From contig CAKOIN010000004.1 in the NCBI GenBank assembly GCA_934086955.1, positions 46,719-110,718 of the forward strand: 64,000 bases of DNA, in the 5' to 3' direction. Source of the stretch: an uncultured Bacilli bacterium (GTDB lineage Bacteria > Bacillota_I > Bacilli_A > RF39 > UBA660). How positions within the stretch are numbered: position 1 is the stretch's first letter; every line of letters begins with the position of its first letter. A program made the translations under genes and the position numbers. The notes under the pieces are model-generated. The model did not search any database and was not told the DNA's origin. It saw nothing but the letters and a program-made list of their open reading frames with translations. Shown in pieces: positions 19,158 to 29,853 of the stretch.

Positions 19158-21236
19158 TTACTTTTTAGATAAATATTTATGATTAGCAGCTATACTCTTA
19201 ATACCAATTCCATACTTAAATGCAATAGTAGCAATATTACCACTTATCTTAACAATTACCCCTTCTCCAAAGATAGTATGGATAACTGTATCTCCTGCTT
19301 TAAGTCCATCAACAGTAGTATTATTATACATATTACCTACTTTTTTAGTTTCCTCTTTCTTTACACTTTCATTCTTAATATTTATTACTGAAGAATCAAT
19401 TTCTTTAATAAATCTACTTTCAATAGTACCACTAGTTTTACCATATAAAGTTCTTGTTTTAGCAGAAAGTAAATATAATTTTTTCTTAGCTCTCGTTATA
19501 CCAACATAACAAAGTCTTCTTTCTTCTTCAAGTTCCTTAGCAGATTCAAAACTTCTACTATGAGGGAATATTCCTTCTTCCATACCAAGTATAAATACCA
19601 CATTAAATTCAAGACCTTTTGCTGAATGTAATGTCATAACATTAACTTTATTATCATCTTCTGTATATTGTCCTTTATCACTAACTAACATAATATTTTC
19701 TAAGAAAGTTGATAAGTCATATATACCATTATCTTCAAAGTTAACAGCTAAACTCTTAAACTCATTTAAGTTCTCTACCTTAGTATCACTTTCAATTGAT
19801 TTATCAAGTTCATATTCTCTTCTTAAACCAGTTTTAACAAGAACATCTTCAATTAAATCTGATAAGTTTAAACTCTTAGAGTCTTCAATTAATTCTAATA
19901 TCAATTTTTTAAATTCTAATTCTTTACCACTATCAATAGCATCAAATAATGATAAATCATTCATATTGGCTTTTTCTCTTATATTATCAATAGTCTTAGT
20001 ACCAATACCTCTTTTAGGAGTATTAATAACTCTTTCTAAGCTTACTGAATCATTAGTATTATATATTAAGTTTAAATAAGCAATTAAATCTTTAATTTCT
20101 TTTCTATTATAGAAATAATAACTACCTATTATATTATATGGAATATTATTTCTAACAAAAGCTTCTTCAACTGTTCTACTTTGAGCATTAGTTCTATAAA
20201 GAACAGCAAAGTCACTATAACTATAACCCAAGCTAACTAAATCTTTTATTTTATTAATAACAAAACTACTTTCTTTAATTTCATCTTCAACTTTTATGTA
20301 TTCAATCTTTTCACCTTCATCAAGAGATGTCCATAAATTAAGTTTAGTTCCTTCACTATTATTTTTAATAACAGAATTAGCCGCTGTTAAGATAGAATTA
20401 GTACTTCTATAATTCTCTTCAAGTAAAACTACATGAGCATTCTTATAATCTTTTTCAAAATTAAGTATATTTCTATAATCAGCATTTCTCCATGAATATA
20501 TAGATTGATTAGCATCACCTACTACAAAAATATTATTATATTTTTTAGCAAGTAACTTACATAATTCATATTGAATACTATTAGTATCTTGATACTCATC
20601 TACTAAAATATATCTAAATCTTTCTTGATATTTTTCTAATATATCTTTTCTTTTCTTAAATATTTCAACTGGTTTTAATAATAAATCATCAAAATCAACT
20701 GAATTATTTTCTTTTAATAATTTTAAATACTTTTCATATACAAGACCTATTACTTTATCATGTTCATTTAAAAATAATTTAGAAAATTCAAGAGGACTTA
20801 TACCATCATTTTTAGCTGAACTTATTCTACTTATAATATGTTTTATATCATAATCAGCTGGATCATAACTATTCTCTTTTAATATCCTTTTAATTAATGA
20901 TTTAGTATCATCTGTATCCAATATTGTAATATTTGATGAATAACCTATCGCATCATAATTTTCTCTTAATATTCTAAGTCCAAAAGAATGAAATGTACCA
21001 ATAAATATAGAATCAGCTACACTACCAATTTTATTTTGAACCCTAACTCTCATTTCTTTTGCGGCTTTATTTGTAAATGTTATTGCTAATATATTATATG
21101 GACTAACACCATCATCAATAAGTTTTATTATTCTTTCAGTTAATACTCTTGTTTTACCACTTCCAGCTCCTGCTAAGACTAAACAAGGTCCTTCTGTATG
21201 ATTAACTGCTTCTAATTGTTTATCATTTAATGTCAT
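19158..21236 (-). CDS. pcrA: ATP-dependent DNA helicase PcrA (UvrD family)
   Basis: 'LAGAGSGKTRVLTERI' Walker A, 'VDEYQDTN' motif II, 'TLHSAKGLEF' and 'VGITRAK' motifs; AGAGGT RBS. Confidence 0.9.
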   Translation of the reverse strand: MTLNDKQLEAVNHTEGPCLVLAGAGSGKTRVLTERIIKLIDDGVSPYNILAITFTNKAAKEMRVRVQNKIGSVADSIFIGTFHSFGLRILRENYDAIGYSSNITILDTDDTKSLIKRILKENSYDPADYDIKHIISRISSAKNDGISPLEFSKLFLNEHDKVIGLVYEKYLKLLKENNSVDFDDLLLKPVEIFKKRKDILEKYQERFRYILVDEYQDTNSIQYELCKLLAKKYNNIFVVGDANQSIYSWRNADYRNILNFEKDYKNAHVVLLEENYRSTNSILTAANSVIKNNSEGTKLNLWTSLDEGEKIEYIKVEDEIKESSFVINKIKDLVSLGYSYSDFAVLYRTNAQSRTVEEAFVRNNIPYNIIGSYYFYNRKEIKDLIAYLNLIYNTNDSVSLERVINTPKRGIGTKTIDNIREKANMNDLSLFDAIDSGKELEFKKLILELIEDSKSLNLSDLIEDVLVKTGLRREYELDKSIESDTKVENLNEFKSLAVNFEDNGIYDLSTFLENIMLVSDKGQYTEDDNKVNVMTLHSAKGLEFNVVFILGMEEGIFPHSRSFESAKELEEERRLCYVGITRAKKKLYLLSAKTRTLYGKTSGTIESRFIKEIDSSVINIKNESVKKEETKKVGNMYNNTTVDGLKAGDTVIHTIFGEGVIVKISGNIATIAFKYGIGIKSIAANHKYLSKK

Positions 21237-21345
21237 ATTTTTTACCTCTTACTCATTATAACATTTAAGATTTATTATTAAAAGCAAACAATTAAAATTA
21301 TTTTAATCTCATTGAACATTTTTGCCGTTTCCGTCATTTTTGTTC

Positions 21346-21372
21346 AATGAAAAAGAAGTATCTCTACTTCTA
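21346..21372 (-). terminator. Terminator immediately after the 2443-aa LRR gene
   Basis: gaagta-tctc-tacttc hairpin abutting the TAG stop, followed on minus by UUUUUCAUU. Confidence 0.4.
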
Positions 21373-24300
21373 ATTCTGTATTAAATAACTATTATATCGT
21401 TTAAAATATACATCTGTTCTATAATTGCTATAATAATCAGTTGGGACATATATTGTTAAATTATATGAATTGTTGAATGTTTCATATGCGGTTAGTTTTG
21501 GTGTGTCAGTATAGAAATAATATGTAGATAAATTAGTACAACCACTAAATGCATAAGCACCAATACTTTCAAGATTATCACTCATATAAACAGTATATAA
21601 ATTAGTTTGATTAGCAAATGATCTATAAGCAATAGTTTTAACTGTATCAGGTATAGTATATATTTGACTTGTTTTTCCATTTGGATATCTAATTAATGTA
21701 GTTTCATCTTTATCAAATAATACACCATTTAGTGATGTAAATGAAGTATTACTACTACTTACATAAATATTAGTTATTTCAGTATTTCCATCTAAGAATC
21801 CATCTGGTATTTCTACTAAATATGCTGGTAAAGTTAAGTTTCTAACATAATTATTACCATCAAAAGCATCAGCAGCAATTGTTGTAACTCTTCTACTAAC
21901 ACCATTAACATCAAGAGTATCAGGAATAGTAACTGAACTATTATTACCTGTATAAGATGTTATTTTTATTTGATTATTATTATCTAGTATATATAAGAAA
22001 TCAGATGAATATTGAGCACTTGAATAATTATGATATCTCCATGGAGTAGCATTTCTAAAATCATTTAATACTGATGATGGAACTGAATATGTAAAGTGTG
22101 ATCTATAAATTAAACCGAAAAGTACAGTGTCATAATCTGGTAATGCAGTTGAAGCTGTTGTTGGAACAGATCCTACTTGCATACTAAGTGTTGTATTAGG
22201 CCCACCTTGATATGGGTTGTATAAAGCATAATCATTAATAGCAGTAGTACCAGTACCAAATTGAATATATGAAATAGAGCCACAACTATATAAACAATAA
22301 TCATCAGCTATAACTACACTATTAAATACTGCATTAGTTAATTTTTCACAATCAGCAAATGAATATTTTCCAAGTCTAGTTATTTGGTTACCAGTAATTC
22401 TTGAAATATCAGTCTTATAGAAAGCATAATCTCCGATTAGAACTACACTATTTGGTAAATTAACAATCCATTGTTCACCAGTTTGAACAGAAACACCATA
22501 ATAAGCATAAGTACCAATAGATACAACATCTAAATTTTGTCCACCAGCTGTTATAGTATTAGGTATTTCAAATGATGAATTTATATCTGGTCCATGATAT
22601 TCAATTATTTCCCAACCTGTTACATCAGCATTATACATATTTTTAAGAGTAACTTCTCTTACACTATATTCACCTATATCATAAGGAAGAGCTCCATATT
22701 TATAACTACCAATAATATATCCAGTTGGATAAATATAATCTTTAACATTAGATGGGAAAGTCTTTTTATATGCTTCTTGATAAGTAACATCAGATGTACC
22801 AATATTACCATCAGGAACATAAATTCTAAATCTCTTACCTAATGTTGTACCAACATTATAGAAAGAATTAACTCCAACACCAATTTTCATACCACTAGCA
22901 CCACTATCTGCCTCAGTTGAAGCAAAGAACATTTGCTCCATACCAATACATCCATAGAATGCTCCTTCACCTATACTAGTAACAGGTCCTGCATTAACAT
23001 AATTAAGACTTGTATTATTAGCATAAGCATAAGCACCTAATTCAACAAGACTAGTAGTTGTTGCTTTATATAATTTATTATTAAAGAATGCATAATTTCC
23101 AATATAATCTGTATTTGGTAAATTTATTTCATGAACACCTTGTAAATTATAAAATGCATAATCATAAACATATCTTATACTTGTAGCTACTATATCAAAT
23201 TCTCCTCCAGAATCCATTGTAGCCCATCTATAAGCTCTATCACCTATTCCAATAACATCATATGTTTTATCATCTATTGTTAATGATGATGGAATAATAT
23301 ATCTAGAATTCAAATTAGCTCCATGATATTCAACTATTTCCCAACCAGTAACTGTTTCACCCGCTTTTGTTGTATAATCTCTTAAAACAACACTATATTC
23401 TCCAATATTATATGGAATAGATGAAGTTGAGAATGTTCCTAAAATAGTTCCATAATCATAGAAATAATCTTTATATTCAGTCCTAAATGAATTAGCATAT
23501 ATATCAGTTAAATAATCATTTTTAGTAGTTGTATTAGTTGTATAATAAGTACCATTTGAATCAAATAAATGATTATTTAAATAATTCCAAGTTGAATAAT
23601 TACTATTAGATCTTACAACAAATGTAAATGTAGTACTTTGTCCATTTGCTAAAACTCCATTAGCACTAGTATTATTAAATTTAACACTTGTACTAGATGT
23701 TTCATATGATACATCTGTTGAAGATTGAAAAGATGTATTACCTAAATTAATTGATGTAGTCCAACTAGATAACTCATGCCCTGTATTATTTGTAACTGTA
23801 ACTGTACATGTATAAGTATATCTTCTATTAGTTGTAGTTCTCCTACAACTATCAGTTACATTAATAGCAGTAGTTGTAGGAACTTTAGTTTCACTACTAA
23901 TTACTGATTCAGCAACATAAAATCTTATTCTATTACTTGTAAGAGTACCAACATCAGTAAATGCATATTGGTCAAATACCTTTGTTTCCTCTGGTGGTGT
24001 AAAGAATACTTGTACTAAGTTTGGTAAATTAAATACAGCATTTGATTCCATATTATAAACTTTACCAAGATTTATTTTATATAAACTATTTATATTAGCA
24101 AGAGCATATGAACCAATACTTCTTAAATTAGGAGCATCAAAATATATAAGTGAACCATTATTAAATGCATAACTCTTTAAATCAAGTAAACTATTTGAAG
24201 TAAATGAATTTATGGCTTTTATTCCTTCAAAAGCATGATCATTAATAACTAACAATTTATTATTAATAATATCACTACCAGTAGTACCATTTACTTTTGT

Positions 24301-27300
24301 ATGTCTAAAAGCATAAGTACCAATTGAAATAACATCCTTACTTACTCCATCAACTGTAACTGTCTCTGGTATCATAAATGTATTTGTGATGTCTTCGCCA
24401 TGATATTCAATTATTTCATAACCAACAACATCTTCATTATTTCTATTTTTAATAGTTACTTCTCTTACACTATACTCTCCAATATCAAAAGGAATTGGTG
24501 TGTTTATAAAACTACCAACAATAGTACCAGTCGGATATACATATTCAGCATAAGTACTAAATAATGTTTTATAGAAATCAACTTTTCCTTCTGGCACATA
24601 TATTCTAAGTCTATTATTAGTATTAGTACCAATATTTAATATGGCAGTTGAATGTATTGACATATTAGCTGTATCAGTAGTACCAATAAATACTTGTTCT
24701 AAGTTAGGGTTATTACTAATAGCATTCTCACCCATTACTTTAATATTACCTAAGTTAACACTATAAAGTGTATCCATACCAGACATAGCAAAGTTACCAA
24801 GTGAATTCAAATTAGGAAGTGCAACTATTTGAAGTGCTGTATTATATAGTCCATAATCACCTATTGAAACTAAACTGCTTGATGTAAGTGATTTAACAGA
24901 AATATTCTCTAAACCATGAGCATCAATATTAAGTAAGTTATTAGCTACTAAATCTATAGTTTGATTTTCTTTTGAGACTGTATGTCTATAAGCATATTCA
25001 CCAATTGATATTATATTCATAACTGGTGTACTTGAAGAATAAGCACTAAGAACTGATGCTGATAAACTTTGACTAATCGTATCATAATAGAAAGATATAT
25101 TTATACTACTATTTGCATTAATTGTTCCATTATATGTTGCATTAGATAGTGTCAATATATTTCCATCTATATTCTCTACTGCATTAGTATATGTACTTCC
25201 CCAAGTAACTCCATCAGGAAGAGCTATTCTAACAAACCAATCAGTAACAGCAGTATCCATATTATTCTTAATGTTAATTGTACCACCATATCTATATCCA
25301 GAACCTTGTTGCCATGAATTACCACTAATAGTAGCAGTAAGCCCTTCGCCAATTGATATTATATCTGGAATTTGATAACTACTTGTTAAATCAGCTCCAT
25401 GATATTCAATTATTTCATAAGCAGTTACATCATTACCTGCACCATTTTTCTTAGTAACAGTTCTAACACTATATTCACCCCAATCATAAGGTATAGCTAC
25501 ATGTTTATAATTACCTATGATTGTACCCATTGGATAAATAAATGCACTGCTTCCTTGGAATAATTTCTTATATCCATTTAAATAATTAAATCCTTCATCA
25601 TCACTACCATCAGGAACATATACTCTAAGTCTTCCATCAAGATACATTCCCCAGTTAGTGAATACAGCATTTTCTCCAACAGTTAAATTTATACTTTTAC
25701 CATTGTTAACAACAACAGTACTCATATTTCTAAACCATACTCTACCAAGTTGAGGACAATTATAAAATGCATAATCGCCAATATATGTAACAGGACCTAA
25801 ATCCATTTCATATAAAGTAGTACTATTAGTAAATGCATACTTACCAATTCTATCTATTTTACCAAGAGATATGTAAGTAATAGGATTTTCATAAAAACCA
25901 TAATCACCTATACTAGTTATTGTATTTGATTCTAACTTAGTTAACTTAGTTTTATAAAATGCATATGAATTAATAATCTCAACATTAGATAAATTTATAT
26001 TAGTTATATTATCTTCATAAAATGCATAACTATTTATTAATTTAACAGTGTTTGGTATTACTACACTAACACCAGTAGCTGGTGTAATTAATTTTCTATA
26101 TGAATTATATCCAAGAGCAGTAATATTTTTAGTTATAGAATTCATTGTTATTGTATTTGGTATTGTTAAATTAGATCCAACAGATACACTATTTATAAAA
26201 TATGATATTCCATATCCATCTTCATAATCATATAAGAAATATTGTTTATTGTCTGATAATTTAGCTGCATAATATATATATGCTTCATTAATATTATTAG
26301 CATCTCTATAAGCAGTTATAGCTCCCTCTGGTACAAAGAATTTAGTACCATTAGATACATCATTAAATGCTCCACTCGCAACAGTTGGAGGAATTTGTCC
26401 TTCAAAGTTAACATATTTTGCATTCTTAAATGCTCCACTTCCTATACTAGTAACAGAACTTGGTATAGATAAGAAACTAAATGTTCTGTTTGTACTTATT
26501 CTACCTAAATTAACATTAGCAAAAGCATTATCACCAATAGTAGTAAGTGTTTTAGATAATATTAATGTTTTAATAGAAGTTTTATCTTTTAATGTATTAT
26601 TAGCTATCTTATTAATAGTTTTATTATCACTTATAGTTGCATTTTGAAGCCCTAAATATTCTATATCAGGCATTGCATCACTAGCGATATAATCAAAGTC
26701 ATCATTTTCAAAATATGCTTGATTTAATGTATAAATAACTAACTTTTTAATAGCAGATATTCTATCAGTTGTAGTAATTGGATCAATCTCATCAAAATAT
26801 GCGGTTAAAAGTCCTTCAAGAGTTTCTTTATTATCTCTTATATAAACATAATATGAATCTTCTTCACCTTGTATTGGAACAACAGAATCTTCAGGTGCTC
26901 CTTGATTAATATCATCTCCAGTATAGTGATCACTACCAGAAACAGTTATATCATTAGAACTAACACCTCTAATAATTAATGTATTACCAGTATTAGGTCC
27001 AGTATAAGGAGTTGAGTTTGATGGCAACATAATTGATGAACCACCAAGTACTCCAAGTATTGTATTTAAGTTATAAATATATATTTGATATTTAGAGAAA
27101 GAATCAATAAGATTCATATCTTGTAATTGTATTTGAGTAATTGTTCCGTTATTTAATATTTCTATATTTGTACTTCCAGGAGCACCTATTACATAATTAA
27201 GTTCAACATTAGGTGCTATTGTAAGTCTTGTATTAGATAAAACTATAATATCAGCAGGAATATTTCCTATCTTATTTTTAACAATTCTTACTGCTTCTAA

Positions 27301-28701
27301 AAGTACTCCATCTTCTTCTTCATTTTGAATACCATTAACAGTAAACTCTCCGCCAACAAAAATATCATAATCTTTATTAAGACCAGTAAAATGTATTTGT
27401 GATTTAGGAGCATTAACATATAGTCTATTATCAACATCAATCTTACCACCACCAGATGTATCTATTTTTAATTTTCCTAGTTCTACAAAATCATAAACAA
27501 GATCTCCAGTAACATGTAAATTATATGTATCAGTATCAATTCCTACTCTTCTTTGAAAATCAATACTACCATTAATAGTTATATCATCTGCAAGTTTAAT
27601 AGTATCACCACTTAAAGCATTAAGCACAGCATCTCTAAATTGTTCTTCATTTTCAACAAGCCATATTTGACCTTCATTTATAAGACTCGCATCTATTCCT
27701 CTTTGAGTACAATAAACATTAGCATGAACTGCGACAGAAGCACCAGAATATAGTGTTGAATTAACACTTTGATACATACCATAATCTATTCTAAAATATT
27801 TATAATTATTTTCAGGATTATCCTCATCCTTATCAATTTCACCTTTAATTAATACTTGTGGTATCGTAGTCATATTAGAAACTGGATTAACAGCATCAGT
27901 TTCCAAATTATCAGGTGTTGGATTATTTTTAGCATAAGCTTCAAGTTTACTACTAACTCCCTCAGTAACAGTACTACTTAAAACCTCTTCTGTTATATCA
28001 ATAACCCTATAATAAAGTACACCAGCATTAGACATAGTTCCATCTAATGTAAATGTTAAATTATAATCTAAATCAAGAGAACCAGTATTCTTTATTTCAA
28101 CATATCTTGTATTCTTAAATGTATTAGCAAGATTATCTTCTTCAACAACAGTAACAGTATCTCCTTCTATACCAATTAAATTACCATTTTTATCATATTG
28201 ATTAACAATATGTTCAACAATACCAAGAGCAATCTTAGTTCCTTTACTTACATATTCATTATAAAACCAAGAATAAGCATCATATATCAAAAATACAGAT
28301 AATGCAGCAAGTACAAGAGTTTTAGCAACTATTCTCTTAGTACAATATTTAGAATATTTATCTTTTACATCATTAATTTTATCCTTAGTATCATATCTAA
28401 CTTCAAGTAAATATGTTTGATAATCATATTTAGCTTCTTCTAATTTAACAATAGACTTCTTATATAAAAGTTTACTCTCTTTTCTAAACCTCTTAAATAT
28501 ACTTAAACAATGTATCTTATATAAAAACCTATAAAAATAAACAGATAAAGCAACAACACCAAGTATTTCATAATAGTAAAATTTTCTTAGCTTTCTTTTA
28601 GTTCTTCTTTTAAACTTATAAAATCTTTTTTTAGCCACATGAAAGAAATCAATTAAATAATTGATAATCGCATTATAAATTTTATTAATGCTTTCTTTCA
28701 T
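21370..28701 (-). CDS. 2443-aa surface protein with N-terminal membrane anchor, four large (~350 aa) internal repeats, BspA-type leucine-rich repeats and CBM-like beta-sandwich segments
   Basis: Repeated modules '...Y(I/V)YPTGTI(I/V)GS...IPYDIGEYSVREVT.KN...DV.G(Y/W)EIIEYHG' appear four times; LRR_5-like 'I.SYAFY....T.I.L' blocks; AGGAG RBS overlapping the sipW stop. Confidence 0.85.
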   Translation of the reverse strand: MKESINKIYNAIINYLIDFFHVAKKRFYKFKRRTKRKLRKFYYYEILGVVALSVYFYRFLYKIHCLSIFKRFRKESKLLYKKSIVKLEEAKYDYQTYLLEVRYDTKDKINDVKDKYSKYCTKRIVAKTLVLAALSVFLIYDAYSWFYNEYVSKGTKIALGIVEHIVNQYDKNGNLIGIEGDTVTVVEEDNLANTFKNTRYVEIKNTGSLDLDYNLTFTLDGTMSNAGVLYYRVIDITEEVLSSTVTEGVSSKLEAYAKNNPTPDNLETDAVNPVSNMTTIPQVLIKGEIDKDEDNPENNYKYFRIDYGMYQSVNSTLYSGASVAVHANVYCTQRGIDASLINEGQIWLVENEEQFRDAVLNALSGDTIKLADDITINGSIDFQRRVGIDTDTYNLHVTGDLVYDFVELGKLKIDTSGGGKIDVDNRLYVNAPKSQIHFTGLNKDYDIFVGGEFTVNGIQNEEEDGVLLEAVRIVKNKIGNIPADIIVLSNTRLTIAPNVELNYVIGAPGSTNIEILNNGTITQIQLQDMNLIDSFSKYQIYIYNLNTILGVLGGSSIMLPSNSTPYTGPNTGNTLIIRGVSSNDITVSGSDHYTGDDINQGAPEDSVVPIQGEEDSYYVYIRDNKETLEGLLTAYFDEIDPITTTDRISAIKKLVIYTLNQAYFENDDFDYIASDAMPDIEYLGLQNATISDNKTINKIANNTLKDKTSIKTLILSKTLTTIGDNAFANVNLGRISTNRTFSFLSIPSSVTSIGSGAFKNAKYVNFEGQIPPTVASGAFNDVSNGTKFFVPEGAITAYRDANNINEAYIYYAAKLSDNKQYFLYDYEDGYGISYFINSVSVGSNLTIPNTITMNSITKNITALGYNSYRKLITPATGVSVVIPNTVKLINSYAFYEDNITNINLSNVEIINSYAFYKTKLTKLESNTITSIGDYGFYENPITYISLGKIDRIGKYAFTNSTTLYEMDLGPVTYIGDYAFYNCPQLGRVWFRNMSTVVVNNGKSINLTVGENAVFTNWGMYLDGRLRVYVPDGSDDEGFNYLNGYKKLFQGSSAFIYPMGTIIGNYKHVAIPYDWGEYSVRTVTKKNGAGNDVTAYEIIEYHGADLTSSYQIPDIISIGEGLTATISGNSWQQGSGYRYGGTINIKNNMDTAVTDWFVRIALPDGVTWGSTYTNAVENIDGNILTLSNATYNGTINANSSINISFYYDTISQSLSASVLSAYSSSTPVMNIISIGEYAYRHTVSKENQTIDLVANNLLNIDAHGLENISVKSLTSSSLVSIGDYGLYNTALQIVALPNLNSLGNFAMSGMDTLYSVNLGNIKVMGENAISNNPNLEQVFIGTTDTANMSIHSTAILNIGTNTNNRLRIYVPEGKVDFYKTLFSTYAEYVYPTGTIVGSFINTPIPFDIGEYSVREVTIKNRNNEDVVGYEIIEYHGEDITNTFMIPETVTVDGVSKDVISIGTYAFRHTKVNGTTGSDIINNKLLVINDHAFEGIKAINSFTSNSLLDLKSYAFNNGSLIYFDAPNLRSIGSYALANINSLYKINLGKVYNMESNAVFNLPNLVQVFFTPPEETKVFDQYAFTDVGTLTSNRIRFYVAESVISSETKVPTTTAINVTDSCRRTTTNRRYTYTCTVTVTNNTGHELSSWTTSINLGNTSFQSSTDVSYETSSTSVKFNNTSANGVLANGQSTTFTFVVRSNSNYSTWNYLNNHLFDSNGTYYTTNTTTKNDYLTDIYANSFRTEYKDYFYDYGTILGTFSTSSIPYNIGEYSVVLRDYTTKAGETVTGWEIVEYHGANLNSRYIIPSSLTIDDKTYDVIGIGDRAYRWATMDSGGEFDIVATSIRYVYDYAFYNLQGVHEINLPNTDYIGNYAFFNNKLYKATTTSLVELGAYAYANNTSLNYVNAGPVTSIGEGAFYGCIGMEQMFFASTEADSGASGMKIGVGVNSFYNVGTTLGKRFRIYVPDGNIGTSDVTYQEAYKKTFPSNVKDYIYPTGYIIGSYKYGALPYDIGEYSVREVTLKNMYNADVTGWEIIEYHGPDINSSFEIPNTITAGGQNLDVVSIGTYAYYGVSVQTGEQWIVNLPNSVVLIGDYAFYKTDISRITGNQITRLGKYSFADCEKLTNAVFNSVVIADDYCLYSCGSISYIQFGTGTTAINDYALYNPYQGGPNTTLSMQVGSVPTTASTALPDYDTVLFGLIYRSHFTYSVPSSVLNDFRNATPWRYHNYSSAQYSSDFLYILDNNNQIKITSYTGNNSSVTIPDTLDVNGVSRRVTTIAADAFDGNNYVRNLTLPAYLVEIPDGFLDGNTEITNIYVSSSNTSFTSLNGVLFDKDETTLIRYPNGKTSQIYTIPDTVKTIAYRSFANQTNLYTVYMSDNLESIGAYAFSGCTNLSTYYFYTDTPKLTAYETFNNSYNLTIYVPTDYYSNYRTDVYFKRYNSYLIQN

Positions 28702-28707
28702 TTAATA

Positions 28708-29253
28708 CTACTCCTTATTCTTAATCTTCTTTACATCTTTTATTATATCTCTTATTTCATAAAAATAAATATACCCTAATGGAATAATTATAATAAGAAC
28801 AAATCCTATTTTAGTATCCATTATCTTTTCAATTAAACTAAAAAACTTAAATTTATAAATATATTTACCTAATATTTCTTCTTCATAAACAGCTGGATCT
28901 TCACTTATATTTTGTATACCTTTTGTATAAAATATATTTCTTCCATTTTCAAGTTTTATACCAACTATTTTATGAGTAACTATTTTTCCTTTTAAATTAC
29001 CACTAGATCCCTTAAAAGTAATAATATCTCCTACTTTATATGAATCAGTACTTCTTTCTTGTACAAGAATTACATCACCTTTATGTAAAACAGGTTCCAT
29101 ACTTTTAGTAATAATAGAATATGTTCTAAAACCAAAAACACTAGGATTATTTGGAAATACTTTTTGATATACAGTAAATATAGCAAATAATATCAATAAT
29201 ACTAATATAATTATTTTTAAAATATCAAATATTTTTTTTATTACCTTTTTCAT
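28708..29253 (-). CDS. sipW: Signal peptidase I, ER/archaeal type (SipW-like)
   Basis: 'IITKSMEPVLHKGDVILV' has the S-M-E-P Ser box with a His; N-terminal TM and a C-terminal TM; adjacent to 'YAWF'-type substrates. Confidence 0.7.
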   Translation of the reverse strand: MKKVIKKIFDILKIIILVLLILFAIFTVYQKVFPNNPSVFGFRTYSIITKSMEPVLHKGDVILVQERSTDSYKVGDIITFKGSSGNLKGKIVTHKIVGIKLENGRNIFYTKGIQNISEDPAVYEEEILGKYIYKFKFFSLIEKIMDTKIGFVLIIIIPLGYIYFYEIRDIIKDVKKIKNKE

Positions 29254-29269
29254 ATGAATCCTTTCTAAA

Positions 29270-29845
29270 TTATGATGGTTTAATAAACATAATTTTATTT
29301 ATTCTTAAATTTGTATTTTGAAGTGCATTTGGAGCATCTATATCAATTTCAATGTTCCAATAATAATTAAGTGTTGATTCTGCTGGTATAGTAACACTAT
29401 TAGCAAAATCAAAGAAATATCTATCATCATCAGTATTATGTTCTAACCTATCAGACAATTTAAAATTATCAATAATAGGATTAGTAATACCAATTTTTAA
29501 ATAATTTTTAAGTAAATTTATATTTCCTGTTATCTCAGTAAATACAATTTTTACTCTTGCAGGTGTTGGATTAATGTTAGTAAGTTCAAATCTATATCTT
29601 TGTATTTTACCTGGATACATAAGATCAAGATTAAGAAGTTCATCATCTGAATATTGACCTTGTAAAACATATTTATTATCAATAAGAGCATATAACTTAA
29701 CTTGTATATCACTATCAGTTATATAAAAATCTCTATTGTATTCTACATTTTCTCCAAGTGATGGTTCTGTTTGCATCCAAGCATAAGCACTAACTGTAAG
29801 TAATATTATAATTACTATACTTAATAATATTGATATCTTTTTCAT
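29270..29845 (-). CDS. TasA/camelysin-like secreted protein with SipW-cognate signal peptide
   Basis: 'LLTVSAYAWMQTEPSLG' matches the SipW-cognate class signal; GAGGTGA RBS. Confidence 0.6.
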   Translation of the reverse strand: MKKISILLSIVIIILLTVSAYAWMQTEPSLGENVEYNRDFYITDSDIQVKLYALIDNKYVLQGQYSDDELLNLDLMYPGKIQRYRFELTNINPTPARVKIVFTEITGNINLLKNYLKIGITNPIIDNFKLSDRLEHNTDDDRYFFDFANSVTIPAESTLNYYWNIEIDIDAPNALQNTNLRINKIMFIKPS

Positions 29846-29853
29846 GCTTCACC

